Shown here piece by piece: positions 33,144-42,444 of a stretch of 64,000 nt of DNA (the stretch's first letter is position 1; every line of letters begins with the position of its first letter). The translations under genes and the position numbers were made by a program. Where the stretch lies: assembly GCA_963976995.1 (NCBI GenBank), contig CAXBMR010000008.1:28416-92415 (forward strand), read 5' to 3'. Under the pieces are notes generated by a model. It ran no database searches, was not told where the DNA came from, and was given only the letters and a program-made list of their open reading frames with translations. Origin of the DNA: an uncultured Fluviicola sp. (GTDB taxonomy: Bacteria; Bacteroidota; Bacteroidia; Flavobacteriales_D; Crocinitomicaceae).

Positions 33144-33797
33144 TTATTGTCTGTTATTTTTGAAATAAAAAGTGTAACCAAAACCCACAATAAGGTATTG
33201 GGTTAACTTATTAAAGCCACCTGGATCCCAACCTGCATTTGTTTCTAAACCAATGAAATCTGGCTTAAAACCGTAACCTTGAATAGTATAACCGATATAA
33301 AATCGATAAGATGATTTTTCATCCGCTGAAAGAATAAGTCCAAGGCCTGGTTCAATTATAGCAGCCGTATTATTCCGATAATAACGATCAATAACCTCCC
33401 CTTCTGGGTTTAACTCCTTCACACTTGAGGCGTTGTAGGAGTAGCCTACTTTTACACCAAAATCAATCGCAAATCGATCAGTTAGAAACTTATCATATCC
33501 AACCTTAATGAAACCTGCAGCTGTATGAACTGAACCATCTAGGGGAACTGGGACTTTAAATTGGTTAATAGTAAACAATGAGTATCTCCCACCAATTCCA
33601 AAATTCAAATTGAACGGTGTCGTATATTGCCCATAACTAGATACTGCAACTAAGCCTTGCATTACTTGATCAAAAGGTTCATTGGCAATTGAAACAGGCA
33701 ACCCCAATTCAATATTAAACGTGTATTTAGGGATGATTTTCTGAGCAATAGAATTATTACAAAGAATGAATGCCGCTATGTAGAATACTATTTTCAC
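33144..33797 (-). CDS. Hypothetical outer-membrane beta-barrel-like protein
   Basis: Has a signal peptide (..NNSIAQ) and an alternating aromatic/glycine-rich beta-strand pattern. Confidence 0.45.
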   Translation of the reverse strand: MKIVFYIAAFILCNNSIAQKIIPKYTFNIELGLPVSIANEPFDQVMQGLVAVSSYGQYTTPFNLNFGIGGRYSLFTINQFKVPVPLDGSVHTAAGFIKVGYDKFLTDRFAIDFGVKVGYSYNASSVKELNPEGEVIDRYYRNNTAAIIEPGLGLILSADEKSSYRFYIGYTIQGYGFKPDFIGLETNAGWDPGGFNKLTQYLIVGFGYTFYFKNNRQ

Positions 33798-33970
33798 AAT
33801 TTAGTAACGCTAAACTACCAAATTAATTTGATTCAAGTTATATTTTTGATTGCATAACGATCAGGTTATACTACGAAAATTCTCAATGAATTTTAGCAAA
33901 AAGTAAGAGTAATGAGTTCCACTTAGTTAGAAGATTCATTTACTCAAAATGGAGGCAGACGAATTATTTG

Positions 33971-34891
33971 ATGCATCTTTGCTTCTTGAAAAAAGGAATT
34001 CTATACATGCTTGCTTCTGGCCTATGTTTTGTCGCTGTTAATTTTTTTGTAAAAATATTAGGCGCAGGAGGAGAACAAGATATTATTGAAAGTGTACAAC
34101 GTTATCCTGCTCACGAATTAGTACTCGCAAGATCAATCGTTTCGTTTGCTATCAGTTTATTTATCATTAAAAGGAAAAAAATTCCTGTTTTCGGGGTGAA
34201 TAAAAAATGGTTGCTTATTCGAGGGTTAGCAGGGACAATTGCCTTAACAATGTTTTTTTACACCATTCATCACTTGCCAATCGCTCTAGCCACAATCATC
34301 CAGTATCTCGCGCCAATATTCACCGTCATTCTTGCCATGATTCTCTTAAAAGAAAAAGTAAAAGCGATCCAATGGTTCTTTATTATACTCTCATTTTTCG
34401 GAGTTGGACTCATTGCCGTTGACAAATTTATAAATTCAGAAACTAACATTGAGCAAATTAATTTCTTCTATATCGGAATTGGAATGATTTCAGCAGTATT
34501 CTCTGGGTTAGCCTACACAGCTGTAATTAAACTAAAACAAACTGATGTGCCAATTACGATTGTTTTGTATTTCCCGATGGTTGCCATTCCGCTTATGTTG
34601 ATTCTGTCAATTTGGGATTTTACATGGCCTCAGGGAATTGAGTGGTTTTTGCTTTTAATTATCGGGATTTTCACACAATTGGCACAAATTTCACTCACAA
34701 AAGCTCTTCATCTTGGAAGTGCCGCTACCATCACACCATTCCAATATCTTGGTGCAATTTACATGTTCTTAACAGGTTACTTTGTATTTGACGAACGATT
34801 AAGTTTTATTGTTAACGTTGGTATTGCTATTATTTTGAGTGGTGTATTATTGAATGCTGTTGTTAAAGGTAGAAAGAGAGTGAGTGGATAG
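33971..34891 (+). CDS. EamA/DMT-family transporter
   Basis: Ten predicted TM helices in two EamA-like halves. The ATG at 33971 is preferred over the TTG at 33968. Confidence 0.8.
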   Translation: MHLCFLKKGILYMLASGLCFVAVNFFVKILGAGGEQDIIESVQRYPAHELVLARSIVSFAISLFIIKRKKIPVFGVNKKWLLIRGLAGTIALTMFFYTIHHLPIALATIIQYLAPIFTVILAMILLKEKVKAIQWFFIILSFFGVGLIAVDKFINSETNIEQINFFYIGIGMISAVFSGLAYTAVIKLKQTDVPITIVLYFPMVAIPLMLILSIWDFTWPQGIEWFLLLIIGIFTQLAQISLTKALHLGSAATITPFQYLGAIYMFLTGYFVFDERLSFIVNVGIAIILSGVLLNAVVKGRKRVSG

Positions 34892-34911
34892 GTAAAATTA
34901 AAATCTGTTAC

Positions 34912-34965
34912 AACTGTTAATTACTAATTGTCAATTATTCATTAATTATTAACTGTTAATCACTA
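34912..34965 (+). promoter_or_regulatory. 15-bp direct repeat (aactgttaatYacta x2, 39-bp spacing) upstream of the DUF58 gene; candidate operator
   Basis: The copies lie at 34912-34926 and 34951-34965 and differ at one position. A third ctgtta lies at 34905. Confidence 0.3.
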
Positions 34966-34978
34966 ACTTTATGCATTC

Positions 34979-35899
34979 ATGGAGAATAAAATTGACAGGG
35001 AGAAAGTAGCACAATTCGGAAACATCGAATTATTGGCGAAACAGGTTGTTGAAGGTTTCATTACAGGTCTTCACAAAAGTCCTTTCCATGGATTTTCAGT
35101 AGAATTTGCAGAACATAGATTATACAATAAGGGAGAATCAACTCGGCATATCGACTGGAAATTATTTGGTAAAACAGATAAACTTTTCACTAAGAAATAT
35201 GAAGAAGAAACGAATTTACGTTGCCAAATAGTAATCGATTGTTCTAGCTCAATGCTGTTTCCAATGGATCAAGAGCAAACAAAATTGAGCTTCTCTGTTT
35301 ATGCCGCAGCTTCTTTAATTGAATTACTCAAGCGCCAAAGAGACGCCGTTGGGCTAAGTCTATTTACTGATAAATTAGATATTCACACAAAGGCAAAATC
35401 GTCTATTAGACATCATCGTTATTTATACAGTGAACTGGAAAAGAATCTCAAGCAATACAAGGCTGATAAAATTCAAAGAACTTCAACCGTGTCATCTTTG
35501 CATGATGTCGCAGAACTTTGTCATCAGAGAAGTTTAATCATCATCTTTTCTGACTTATTAGATGATCCTGAAAAACAAGATGAATTTTTTCAAGCACTGC
35601 AACATCTAAAACACAATAAGCATGAGGTCGTTGTGTTTCATGTGATTGACAAAGCGAAGGAAGTTGATTTTGAATTGGAAAATCGTCCCTACAATCTTAT
35701 TGATATGGAAACGGGAGAAAAAATAAAACTACAACCTAGTCAATTTAAAGAGGAGTATAAAAAAGCGATCAGCAGCTACTTTAGAGAATTAGAATTAAAA
35801 TGCGCTGATTATCGCATTGATTTTGTTCCAACAGACATTAATGCAGGTTATCATGATGTTTTGTTGAAGTACTTATTGAAGAGACAAAAGCTGTTTTAG
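34979..35899 (+). CDS. DUF58-domain protein (vWA-like; normally partner of MoxR-type AAA+ ATPase)
   Basis: FHGFSVEFAEHR.Y..G...RHIDWK is the typical DUF58 signature. Confidence 0.8.
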   Translation: MENKIDREKVAQFGNIELLAKQVVEGFITGLHKSPFHGFSVEFAEHRLYNKGESTRHIDWKLFGKTDKLFTKKYEEETNLRCQIVIDCSSSMLFPMDQEQTKLSFSVYAAASLIELLKRQRDAVGLSLFTDKLDIHTKAKSSIRHHRYLYSELEKNLKQYKADKIQRTSTVSSLHDVAELCHQRSLIIIFSDLLDDPEKQDEFFQALQHLKHNKHEVVVFHVIDKAKEVDFELENRPYNLIDMETGEKIKLQPSQFKEEYKKAISSYFRELELKCADYRIDFVPTDINAGYHDVLLKYLLKRQKLF

Positions 35900-35922
35900 A
35901 GAATTTTACAATTTTGCATCAT

Positions 35923-37239
35923 CTATTTCAGCAAATCCAAAACGCTTTTGACAGGTGTAAAAACTATATCTGGAATTTCTAAAAAAATCGTATTCCAATT
36001 ACTCATCCCTCCATTCCAAAGACCTGGTAATTCTCGATAAAAAATCTCTTTACCCTGATGGGTCTTTTTCACAACGAAGAATTTAGAGTCGTCTCTAAAT
36101 TGCATTAAATCCAATTTTCTTCCTTCTATATCTGTTTTTGAAACAGCGATAAACACAGGATTAAAATGACTGCTAGTTTGAACAATATCTTGCTGGTAAG
36201 CACTTTTACTGATTTGGGAATTCTCAATAATTTGATTTGAAACACCCTGTTCATCTTCAATCCAAAATGGTCCTCCTCCTGGCTCTCCTTCATTGATAAC
36301 CATTCCGCAAACTCGAGTAGGACGTGATAAAATTGTGCTAAAATCCGACTCAGAGAAATTCGACAATTGTTCTTCTGAAAGAAACTGATAATTCGAATTG
36401 AGTTTTCTCAAGCCATCCAAAGAATAATTGTTAACAAGTTGGGCTAAGTCTCTCTTAAAGTTTTGTAATAATCCAATAGTTAATTTCCATGTACTCTTAC
36501 TATCCTCAACTTTAGAGAAATGCTGCACATTGTCAATGTTCTTTATTAGAACTATATCATTCTCAATTGCGTTCAGATTTTCCAGCAATGCTCCATGACC
36601 TGCAGGACGCATCAAACACCTTTCCCCATCTTTCACTTTTTGCCCCGATGAATCAAAACAATAGGCATCCGTTTCTGAATTTTGATAAGAAAAAGTAACA
36701 TTGGAGCAATCACCAATATTGGTTTTGATATCCTTTTCAAATTTTTGTTGAATAGTGAAGTGAACTTTCGTTTCATCACCAAAAAACTCATTGGCCTGAA
36801 CTAGTTGTTCTTGAAAAGCCGTTCTCACAGTACCTTCATATTTATGAAAGGGTATCAAACCTTTTGGCAAAGCCGAATATTTATTCAACATTTCCTTTAC
36901 TAACTCTTTTCGATTCCTCAAAGACGACACCATAGAATCAGAAAAAGGAAATTTTTGACACTGGTTGAAAAATAGCTTTACTGATTCCGTTTCAACCTCA
37001 TCTTCTAGCCATTGGTATAAAAAACTAAACATTCTTGACCCAGAACCAGATGCTGGAATAAAAAACTCTGGCTGTAAACTATTGGCGTCGAAAGAATTAA
37101 CCAGTTTTTCTTTTTCTTCTTCGCTAATACGAACAATACCATTGCCAACCTTGCATGAACTGCTCAATTCAACTTGAAATTCCTGCTCGAAAACTTGATT
37201 TCGCTGATTAATGATTTCTTTCTTTGTTTCTACACTCAT
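35923..37239 (-). CDS. DUF4301-family protein (nucleotidyltransferase-like PASGSGSRMF motif)
   Basis: FIPASGSGSRMF is a glycine-rich loop like those in UDP-sugar pyrophosphorylase-type folds. The family assignment is from memory. Confidence 0.5.
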   Translation of the reverse strand: MSVETKKEIINQRNQVFEQEFQVELSSSCKVGNGIVRISEEEKEKLVNSFDANSLQPEFFIPASGSGSRMFSFLYQWLEDEVETESVKLFFNQCQKFPFSDSMVSSLRNRKELVKEMLNKYSALPKGLIPFHKYEGTVRTAFQEQLVQANEFFGDETKVHFTIQQKFEKDIKTNIGDCSNVTFSYQNSETDAYCFDSSGQKVKDGERCLMRPAGHGALLENLNAIENDIVLIKNIDNVQHFSKVEDSKSTWKLTIGLLQNFKRDLAQLVNNYSLDGLRKLNSNYQFLSEEQLSNFSESDFSTILSRPTRVCGMVINEGEPGGGPFWIEDEQGVSNQIIENSQISKSAYQQDIVQTSSHFNPVFIAVSKTDIEGRKLDLMQFRDDSKFFVVKKTHQGKEIFYRELPGLWNGGMSNWNTIFLEIPDIVFTPVKSVLDLLK

Positions 37240-38020
37240 TTCTTTCTCAAAGATTGCTTATTTTGGTCTTGTGAAAATCGGATTCGAATATATAAAATAT
37301 AGATGGAAAATTAGCTCTAAGAAGACAAGTGATTCTAATTTTACTCGTGATTTTTATGAGAATTGCCTCGCTATTGATTTGAATGAACACTCAAAATTAC
37401 ATTTAAAAACACTCTTCAATAAACTACGCAAAGATGACCGTATAATCACTATCCAAGATTTCGGAGCAGGTTCTAAAAAACTTGGAAATGATCGGAAAAT
37501 TTCAACAATATTGAAAACAAGCTCTTCTAAAGGGAAATATGGAAAATTGCTGTACCAGTTGAATAAACATTATCAATTTACGAATATTTTAGAATTTGGA
37601 ACTTCCCTCGGAGTTGGTACAAGTTATTTAGCTTTAGGTAATTCCAAAGCAAACATTACAAGCATAGAGGCTTGCAACAACACAAGGAATATTGCTTTGG
37701 AGAACTTTACACAGTTTGACCATGTACAAAGCATACATGCTACATTTGATGATTTCTTGACGGCTGAGACACTCGAAATCAACGAAAAATCATCTAGAAA
37801 AATTTATGATTTCATCTTTATTGACGGCCACCATGATGGCGATGCACTTCTCAACTACATGGAAAAATTGAAACCTTTCACAATTAAAGAAACGATTTTT
37901 GTATTGGACGACATAAGGTGGAGTGACTCCATGTTTAAGGCATGGAACACAATTGTCAAAAGTGGAGAGTTTGAGATTGTTGATTTGTTTCGAGTAGGAA
38001 TAGTGAAAAGTGTATACTAG
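37211..38020 (+). CDS. Class I SAM-dependent (O-methyltransferase family 3-like) methyltransferase
   Basis: Contains ILEFGTSLGVGTSYLA (motif I) and FIFIDGHHDGDALLNY. The ATG at 37211 overlaps the divergent gene by 29 nt, and an alternative GTG start at 37271 would remove that overlap. Confidence 0.7.
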   Translation: MISFFVSTLISFSKIAYFGLVKIGFEYIKYRWKISSKKTSDSNFTRDFYENCLAIDLNEHSKLHLKTLFNKLRKDDRIITIQDFGAGSKKLGNDRKISTILKTSSSKGKYGKLLYQLNKHYQFTNILEFGTSLGVGTSYLALGNSKANITSIEACNNTRNIALENFTQFDHVQSIHATFDDFLTAETLEINEKSSRKIYDFIFIDGHHDGDALLNYMEKLKPFTIKETIFVLDDIRWSDSMFKAWNTIVKSGEFEIVDLFRVGIVKSVY

Positions 38021-38156
38021 GGCGACAAACTTCTCCATGAACCTTTGGCTTTCTGTGTGGTAATAAGTCAATCTAGAGTGAAGAATAAGAGTGATATAAC
38101 AGAAGCACGCTTCATCATTGGATTATTGATTCTAAACATTAGTGAGGAAAAGTTGA

Positions 38157-38176
38157 AATGTGACCTATATCACATT
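38157..38176. promoter_or_regulatory. Perfect Crp/Fnr-type palindrome aaTGTGAcctataTCACAtt upstream of the DUF302 gene
   Basis: TGTGA lies at 38159-38163 and TCACA at 38170-38174, within a 7+7-bp palindrome. A near-consensus -7 box TAACTTTA lies at 38195-38202 and the ATG at 38224. Confidence 0.4.
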
Positions 38177-38223
38177 CGTTTGTTTAAATCGTCGTAACTT
38201 TACACTACATTAAAACAGTAATT

Positions 38224-38613
38224 ATGAGCTATTATATATCCACAACAATTAACGAAATAAGTTTTGAGAAAGCAATTGAAAAAGTTACAGAACATTTAAA
38301 AACAGAAGGTTTTGGAGTACTGACTACTATAGACTTTAAAGCAACAATGAAAAAGAAGTTAGACGTTGATTTTTACAATTACACAATTCTTGGAGCTTGC
38401 AATCCAAAATTTGCTCACAAAGCCGTCCTCGCAGAGAACAAAATTGGGACTATGTTGCCTTGCAATGTCATTGTTCAAGAAAGAGAAGAAGGGAAAATAG
38501 AAATTTCTGCTGTTGATCCGATGGCTTCAATGCAAGCTGTTAAGAATGATGATCTAGGAAATGTTGCAACAGAAGTTAGAAGTAAGTTAGAAAAGGTTAT
38601 TAAGTCCCTTTAG
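38224..38613 (+). CDS. DUF302-domain protein
   Basis: It is about 129 aa, and FGVLT.ID....MKKKL........ILGACNP matches the DUF302 pattern. Confidence 0.75.
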   Translation: MSYYISTTINEISFEKAIEKVTEHLKTEGFGVLTTIDFKATMKKKLDVDFYNYTILGACNPKFAHKAVLAENKIGTMLPCNVIVQEREEGKIEISAVDPMASMQAVKNDDLGNVATEVRSKLEKVIKSL

Positions 38614-38659
38614 CACAAGTCCTTCCTAAAAAACACTTTGCTAGTAAGTCTTATAAGTA

Positions 38660-39994
38660 TCATCCTCCCATTCCTTTCATTTGCTTCATCATTTGACGCA
38701 TCTTACTAGGATTAGACATCATTTTCATCATTTTCTTCGTGTCGTTGAACTGTTTCATCAACTTATTCACTTCTTGAACGTTCGTTCCCGAACCATTTGC
38801 CAAACGTATTTTCCGAGAGTTATTCATTAAATCAGGATTCTCTCTCTCTTTGGGTGTCATTGACTGAATAATTGCTTCAATGTATTTAAAGGCATCATCG
38901 TCAATATCAACATCTTTCATTGCTTTTCCCATCCCTGGCATCATTCCCATTAAGTCTTTGACGTTACCCATCTTTTTTACCTGTTGCAATTGAGCATAAA
39001 AATCATTGAAATCAAACTGATTCTTTTTAATTCTTTTTTGCAACTTTCGAGCCTCTTCTTCATCAAACTGCTCTTGCGCCCGCTCCACTAAAGTTACAAT
39101 ATCACCTTTTCCGAGAATTCTATCCGCCATTCTAGCAGGATAAAACACATCTAGTGCGTCCATTTTCTCACCTGTACCAACAAACTTAATTGGTTTATTA
39201 ACAACAGATTTAATAGTTAATGCAGCTCCACCACGTGTATCTCCGTCTAATTTCGTTAAGATAACACCGTCAAAATTAATTCGCTCATCAAATGCTTTCG
39301 CTGTATTTACCGCATCTTGCCCAGTCATGGCATCCACTACAAATAAAGTCTCTGTTGGGTTAATTGCCTTTTTCACATCAGCAATTTCATTCATCATTTT
39401 TTCATCTACTGCCAATCGACCTGCAGTATCAATAATAACGACATTGTATCCTTTGCTTTTAGCAAACTGAACAGCTTCTTGAGCTATTTTAACTGGATTT
39501 TTTTCTTCACGATTGGAAAATACCTCAATACCCAGTTGTTCTCCCAACACATGCAATTGATCAATTGCCGCAGGACGATAAACATCGCAGGCTGCTAACA
39601 ATGGATTCTTTCCTTTCTTTGTTTTAAGGTAGTTCCCCAGTTTCCCCGTAAATGTTGTTTTACCGGAACCTTGCAGACCTGACATTAATATAATTCCTGG
39701 GTTACCTTTGATGTTGATTTCAACTTCATTTCCTCCCATCAAGTTCACCAACTCTTCGTGGCAAACTTTAATCATTAACTGACCTGGAGAAATAGAAGTC
39801 AATACATTCTGACCTAGTGCTTTTTCTTTTACAGTATTGGTAAATTCTTTTGCTGTTTTAAAATTAACATCGGCATCCAATAGAGCCCGACGAACTTCTT
39901 TAAGCGTTTCTGCGACATTGATTTCAGATATCTGTCCTTGCCCTTTTAGGACTTTAAAGGCTCTCTCAAATTTGTCCGCTAAATTTTCAAACAT
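38660..39994 (-). CDS. ffh: Signal recognition particle protein Ffh
   Basis: Contains GLQGSGKTT, DTAGR, TKLDGD and a Met-rich M domain. Confidence 0.97.
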   Translation of the reverse strand: MFENLADKFERAFKVLKGQGQISEINVAETLKEVRRALLDADVNFKTAKEFTNTVKEKALGQNVLTSISPGQLMIKVCHEELVNLMGGNEVEINIKGNPGIILMSGLQGSGKTTFTGKLGNYLKTKKGKNPLLAACDVYRPAAIDQLHVLGEQLGIEVFSNREEKNPVKIAQEAVQFAKSKGYNVVIIDTAGRLAVDEKMMNEIADVKKAINPTETLFVVDAMTGQDAVNTAKAFDERINFDGVILTKLDGDTRGGAALTIKSVVNKPIKFVGTGEKMDALDVFYPARMADRILGKGDIVTLVERAQEQFDEEEARKLQKRIKKNQFDFNDFYAQLQQVKKMGNVKDLMGMMPGMGKAMKDVDIDDDAFKYIEAIIQSMTPKERENPDLMNNSRKIRLANGSGTNVQEVNKLMKQFNDTKKMMKMMSNPSKMRQMMKQMKGMGG

Positions 39995-40016
39995 AGGTAT
40001 TGTGTTTTATGGAGAG

Positions 40017-40024
40017 CAAAATTA
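40017..40024 (-). promoter_or_regulatory. Candidate -7 box (TAATTTTG) for ffh
   Basis: The reverse complement of caaaatta is TAatTTTG, 23-30 nt upstream of the ffh ATG. Confidence 0.3.
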
Positions 40025-40222
40025 AGAATTTAAACTGGAAAGATTGGCATCTAGGTGAGCTCGATGAGCTTTTTAATGAATAATTCTATTGTGAGAGGAG
40101 ATAAGTAAGCAATTATTCTGGCCTGTGATTCTATTTAAATGAGAATGGCAAACGATGAAAGAAGTAAATCGAACATGATTATAGCTATTTTGGAAAAGAA
40201 TATTATCTATCTTGTTTTTAAA

Positions 40223-40675
40223 TTATTTTGATTTTATTTCAAATGTACCAGTAACAGTATATTCGTTTATTAATTGGTTCATGGCATCATATTCTGTTAA
40301 TAAGTAGGTATGATTACCACTTATAGTGTAAGAATCACTGTTTTGTTTCCACTCTCCATTAATAGTGATTTCATTAGACGGAAACCAGCCAGCTCCTGTC
40401 CCGCTGGAACTTGGAGAGAAAAAAATGCCAGAAACATTCTTTTTATCCTTTTGTAATACTGAACTTAATGAACCATCCTGATAGATAGATAATTTAATCT
40501 CTGTTTTAGTGACATCTATTATCGAAACTTTTTGGTACCTGTCATGGTTTACAGTTAAACCGTTCTTTGTATAGCTACCATTAAAAGTTGCTTCATAATC
40601 TCCAATTTTAGGCTTATTTTTATTACAGCTAAGAAACACAGCTAGTATCGAAATGATTAGTAATGTTTTTTTCAT
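40223..40675 (-). CDS. Hypothetical small lipoprotein
   Basis: Has a lipobox (FLSCNKN) and beta-rich sequence. No family was recognised. Confidence 0.5.
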   Translation of the reverse strand: MKKTLLIISILAVFLSCNKNKPKIGDYEATFNGSYTKNGLTVNHDRYQKVSIIDVTKTEIKLSIYQDGSLSSVLQKDKKNVSGIFFSPSSSGTGAGWFPSNEITINGEWKQNSDSYTISGNHTYLLTEYDAMNQLINEYTVTGTFEIKSK

Positions 40676-40773
40676 AATACAGAGTTCAACGTTCAGGTTA
40701 TGCTTTCGCCGAACGATTTAAATTTAATGAAAATTCGAAGAAAGAACGTGCGAGTTTGAATGATTTATCATTC

Positions 40774-40811
40774 GAAGCGAGATCCCGGTGAAGTATAGGT
40801 GATGTTACCAT
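40774..40811. repeat. Left arm of an imperfect inverted repeat bracketing ORF 40822..41643
   Basis: gaagcgag...aagtata...gatgttaccat. The 11-mer at 40801-40811 and the 8-mer at 40774-40781 are exact reverse complements of 41648-41658 and 41669-41676. Confidence 0.45.
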
Positions 40812-40821
40812 GCGTTAATTA

Positions 40822-41643
40822 CTAGTAAAAAACGATACTCCCGTCCTCGCTCATATCACAAACTAAATTGCCCAATGAATTAAAATATTGAAATAAGAGA
40901 GAACCTTTTTCTCGGTTAAATTTTACAATTGAATAAGGTATCCCAGGATTAAGTATGGGGAGATCTGTTGTTTTTTTGAAATGAGAATGTTCGGCATCGA
41001 TTAGAAAATGATCAACAGTATAAAATTTAATTTCCTGAATTATTGTATTGTCTTTCAAGTCCATTGTTATTTCTGTTATCGCAGCACCTGACGAATTGGG
41101 ATATAAGTTACCATTACTATCTTTAGTTGTTATAACAATTTGATTGTCATTGTATTTTGTAGATTGATGTTTTACTAGTTCTAGGTTTTTATCATAGGAA
41201 ATATAGTCAATTATCCGATGTTTTGAATCCTCAATTGAAATTGTTCGTTCAGTTTGTTCGTAAAGAGAGTTATAATAGTCATGTATGATTGAATCTCCAA
41301 TGTATTGACTGATTTCTATAGGACTACAATCAAGTAAGGAGTAATTTCCTCTTAAATCGTACCCAATACGTTTTATTATCCTCCCTTCTGAATCAAATTT
41401 TTTATAAATCACTGCAACATTTATATAATCGAAAAATCTTCCGTTGGAATCTAAACAAACATTATATGTTTCGTCTTTTTCGCTATTTTCAAATTTTTGG
41501 AATGGTTTTTTTATCGATTTTTGATCACTTGATTTACTGTATGTTTCAGAGTGTAGAATAGCATGATGTAAAGAATCCATGTTCATTTGAGAAAACACAA
41601 GTGAATTTGATAATATCGTGATTACTATTATTAGTGCTTTCAT
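40822..41643 (-). CDS. Hypothetical secreted protein
   Basis: Has a signal peptide (..SLVFSQ). No family was recognised beyond weak YD-like segments (FDSEGRIIKRIGYD). Confidence 0.5.
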   Translation of the reverse strand: MKALIIVITILSNSLVFSQMNMDSLHHAILHSETYSKSSDQKSIKKPFQKFENSEKDETYNVCLDSNGRFFDYINVAVIYKKFDSEGRIIKRIGYDLRGNYSLLDCSPIEISQYIGDSIIHDYYNSLYEQTERTISIEDSKHRIIDYISYDKNLELVKHQSTKYNDNQIVITTKDSNGNLYPNSSGAAITEITMDLKDNTIIQEIKFYTVDHFLIDAEHSHFKKTTDLPILNPGIPYSIVKFNREKGSLLFQYFNSLGNLVCDMSEDGSIVFY

Positions 41644-41647
41644 ATGA

Positions 41648-41676
41648 ATGGTAACATCTAAGTATAAACTCGCTTC
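41648..41676. repeat. Right arm of the imperfect inverted repeat bracketing ORF 40822..41643
   Basis: atggtaacatc-t-aagtata-aa-ctcgcttc begins 5 nt from the ORF start codon. Confidence 0.45.
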
Positions 41677-41767
41677 AGTTAGAACAGTAAAATCATCGTT
41701 AATTGTTACACCATCCGAAGCTCATAGCACTACAATATAAGAAAAATTCAAATAAACTTACCTTTCA

Positions 41768-42325
41768 TTATAACTTAGACACTATTTCTTCATCTAACGG
41801 TCCTACATCTGATGAGAATACTCCAACTAAATTTCCTTCCTCATCTACTAGATATTTTTGAAAATTCCAATTTACTTTTGAATCTTGACTTCCGTTTAAT
41901 GACTTTTTTGTCAACCAACTATACAACGGATGTTGATCCTCACCTTTCACTTTAATTTTTTCTGTCATTTGAAAAGACACTCCGTAATTTTTTTTGCAAA
42001 AATCTGCAATTTCAGTGCTTGAACCAGGTTCTTGTGCACCAAACTGATTACATGGAACACCAATAATGGCTACTTTATGACCGTACATGTCGTGTAAACT
42101 TTGGAGATCTTTGTATTGTGGGGTAAAACCGCATTTAGATGCCACATTGACAAAAAGAATTTTTTTCCCCTTTAAGGCGTTTAAATTTAGCTCCTTGCCA
42201 TCTAAAGAGTTAATTTCAATATCGTAAATTGACTTATTATTTTTGATTGAATCTTGAGTTTTTAGAGTAAAAGAAATAGTCATGAGTCCAAATATACAAG
42301 TTGCTATGGTAAAAATTGATTTCAT
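41768..42325 (-). CDS. Glutathione peroxidase (Cys-type) with signal peptide
   Basis: Contains the VASKCGFTPQY, NQFG.QEPG and WNFQKYLV motifs. Confidence 0.9.
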   Translation of the reverse strand: MKSIFTIATCIFGLMTISFTLKTQDSIKNNKSIYDIEINSLDGKELNLNALKGKKILFVNVASKCGFTPQYKDLQSLHDMYGHKVAIIGVPCNQFGAQEPGSSTEIADFCKKNYGVSFQMTEKIKVKGEDQHPLYSWLTKKSLNGSQDSKVNWNFQKYLVDEEGNLVGVFSSDVGPLDEEIVSKL

Positions 42326-42444
42326 TTTCGTAAAGGATTTTGTTAGGTGCTCTATTCAAAGAGATTAAATCTAATTATGATTTTCCATTGAATAAAAATT
42401 AACATTATTATATGTTCCACTAAAATTTTCAACCCAAAGACAAT

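Noticed and set aside
40139-40231. A 30-codon plus-strand ORF (MRMANDERSKSNMIIAILEKNIIYLVFKLF) in the ffh-lipoprotein spacer.
   Set aside because: It is too short, has no supporting promoter box, and its end overlaps the stop of the convergent lipoprotein gene. It cannot be supported from sequence alone.
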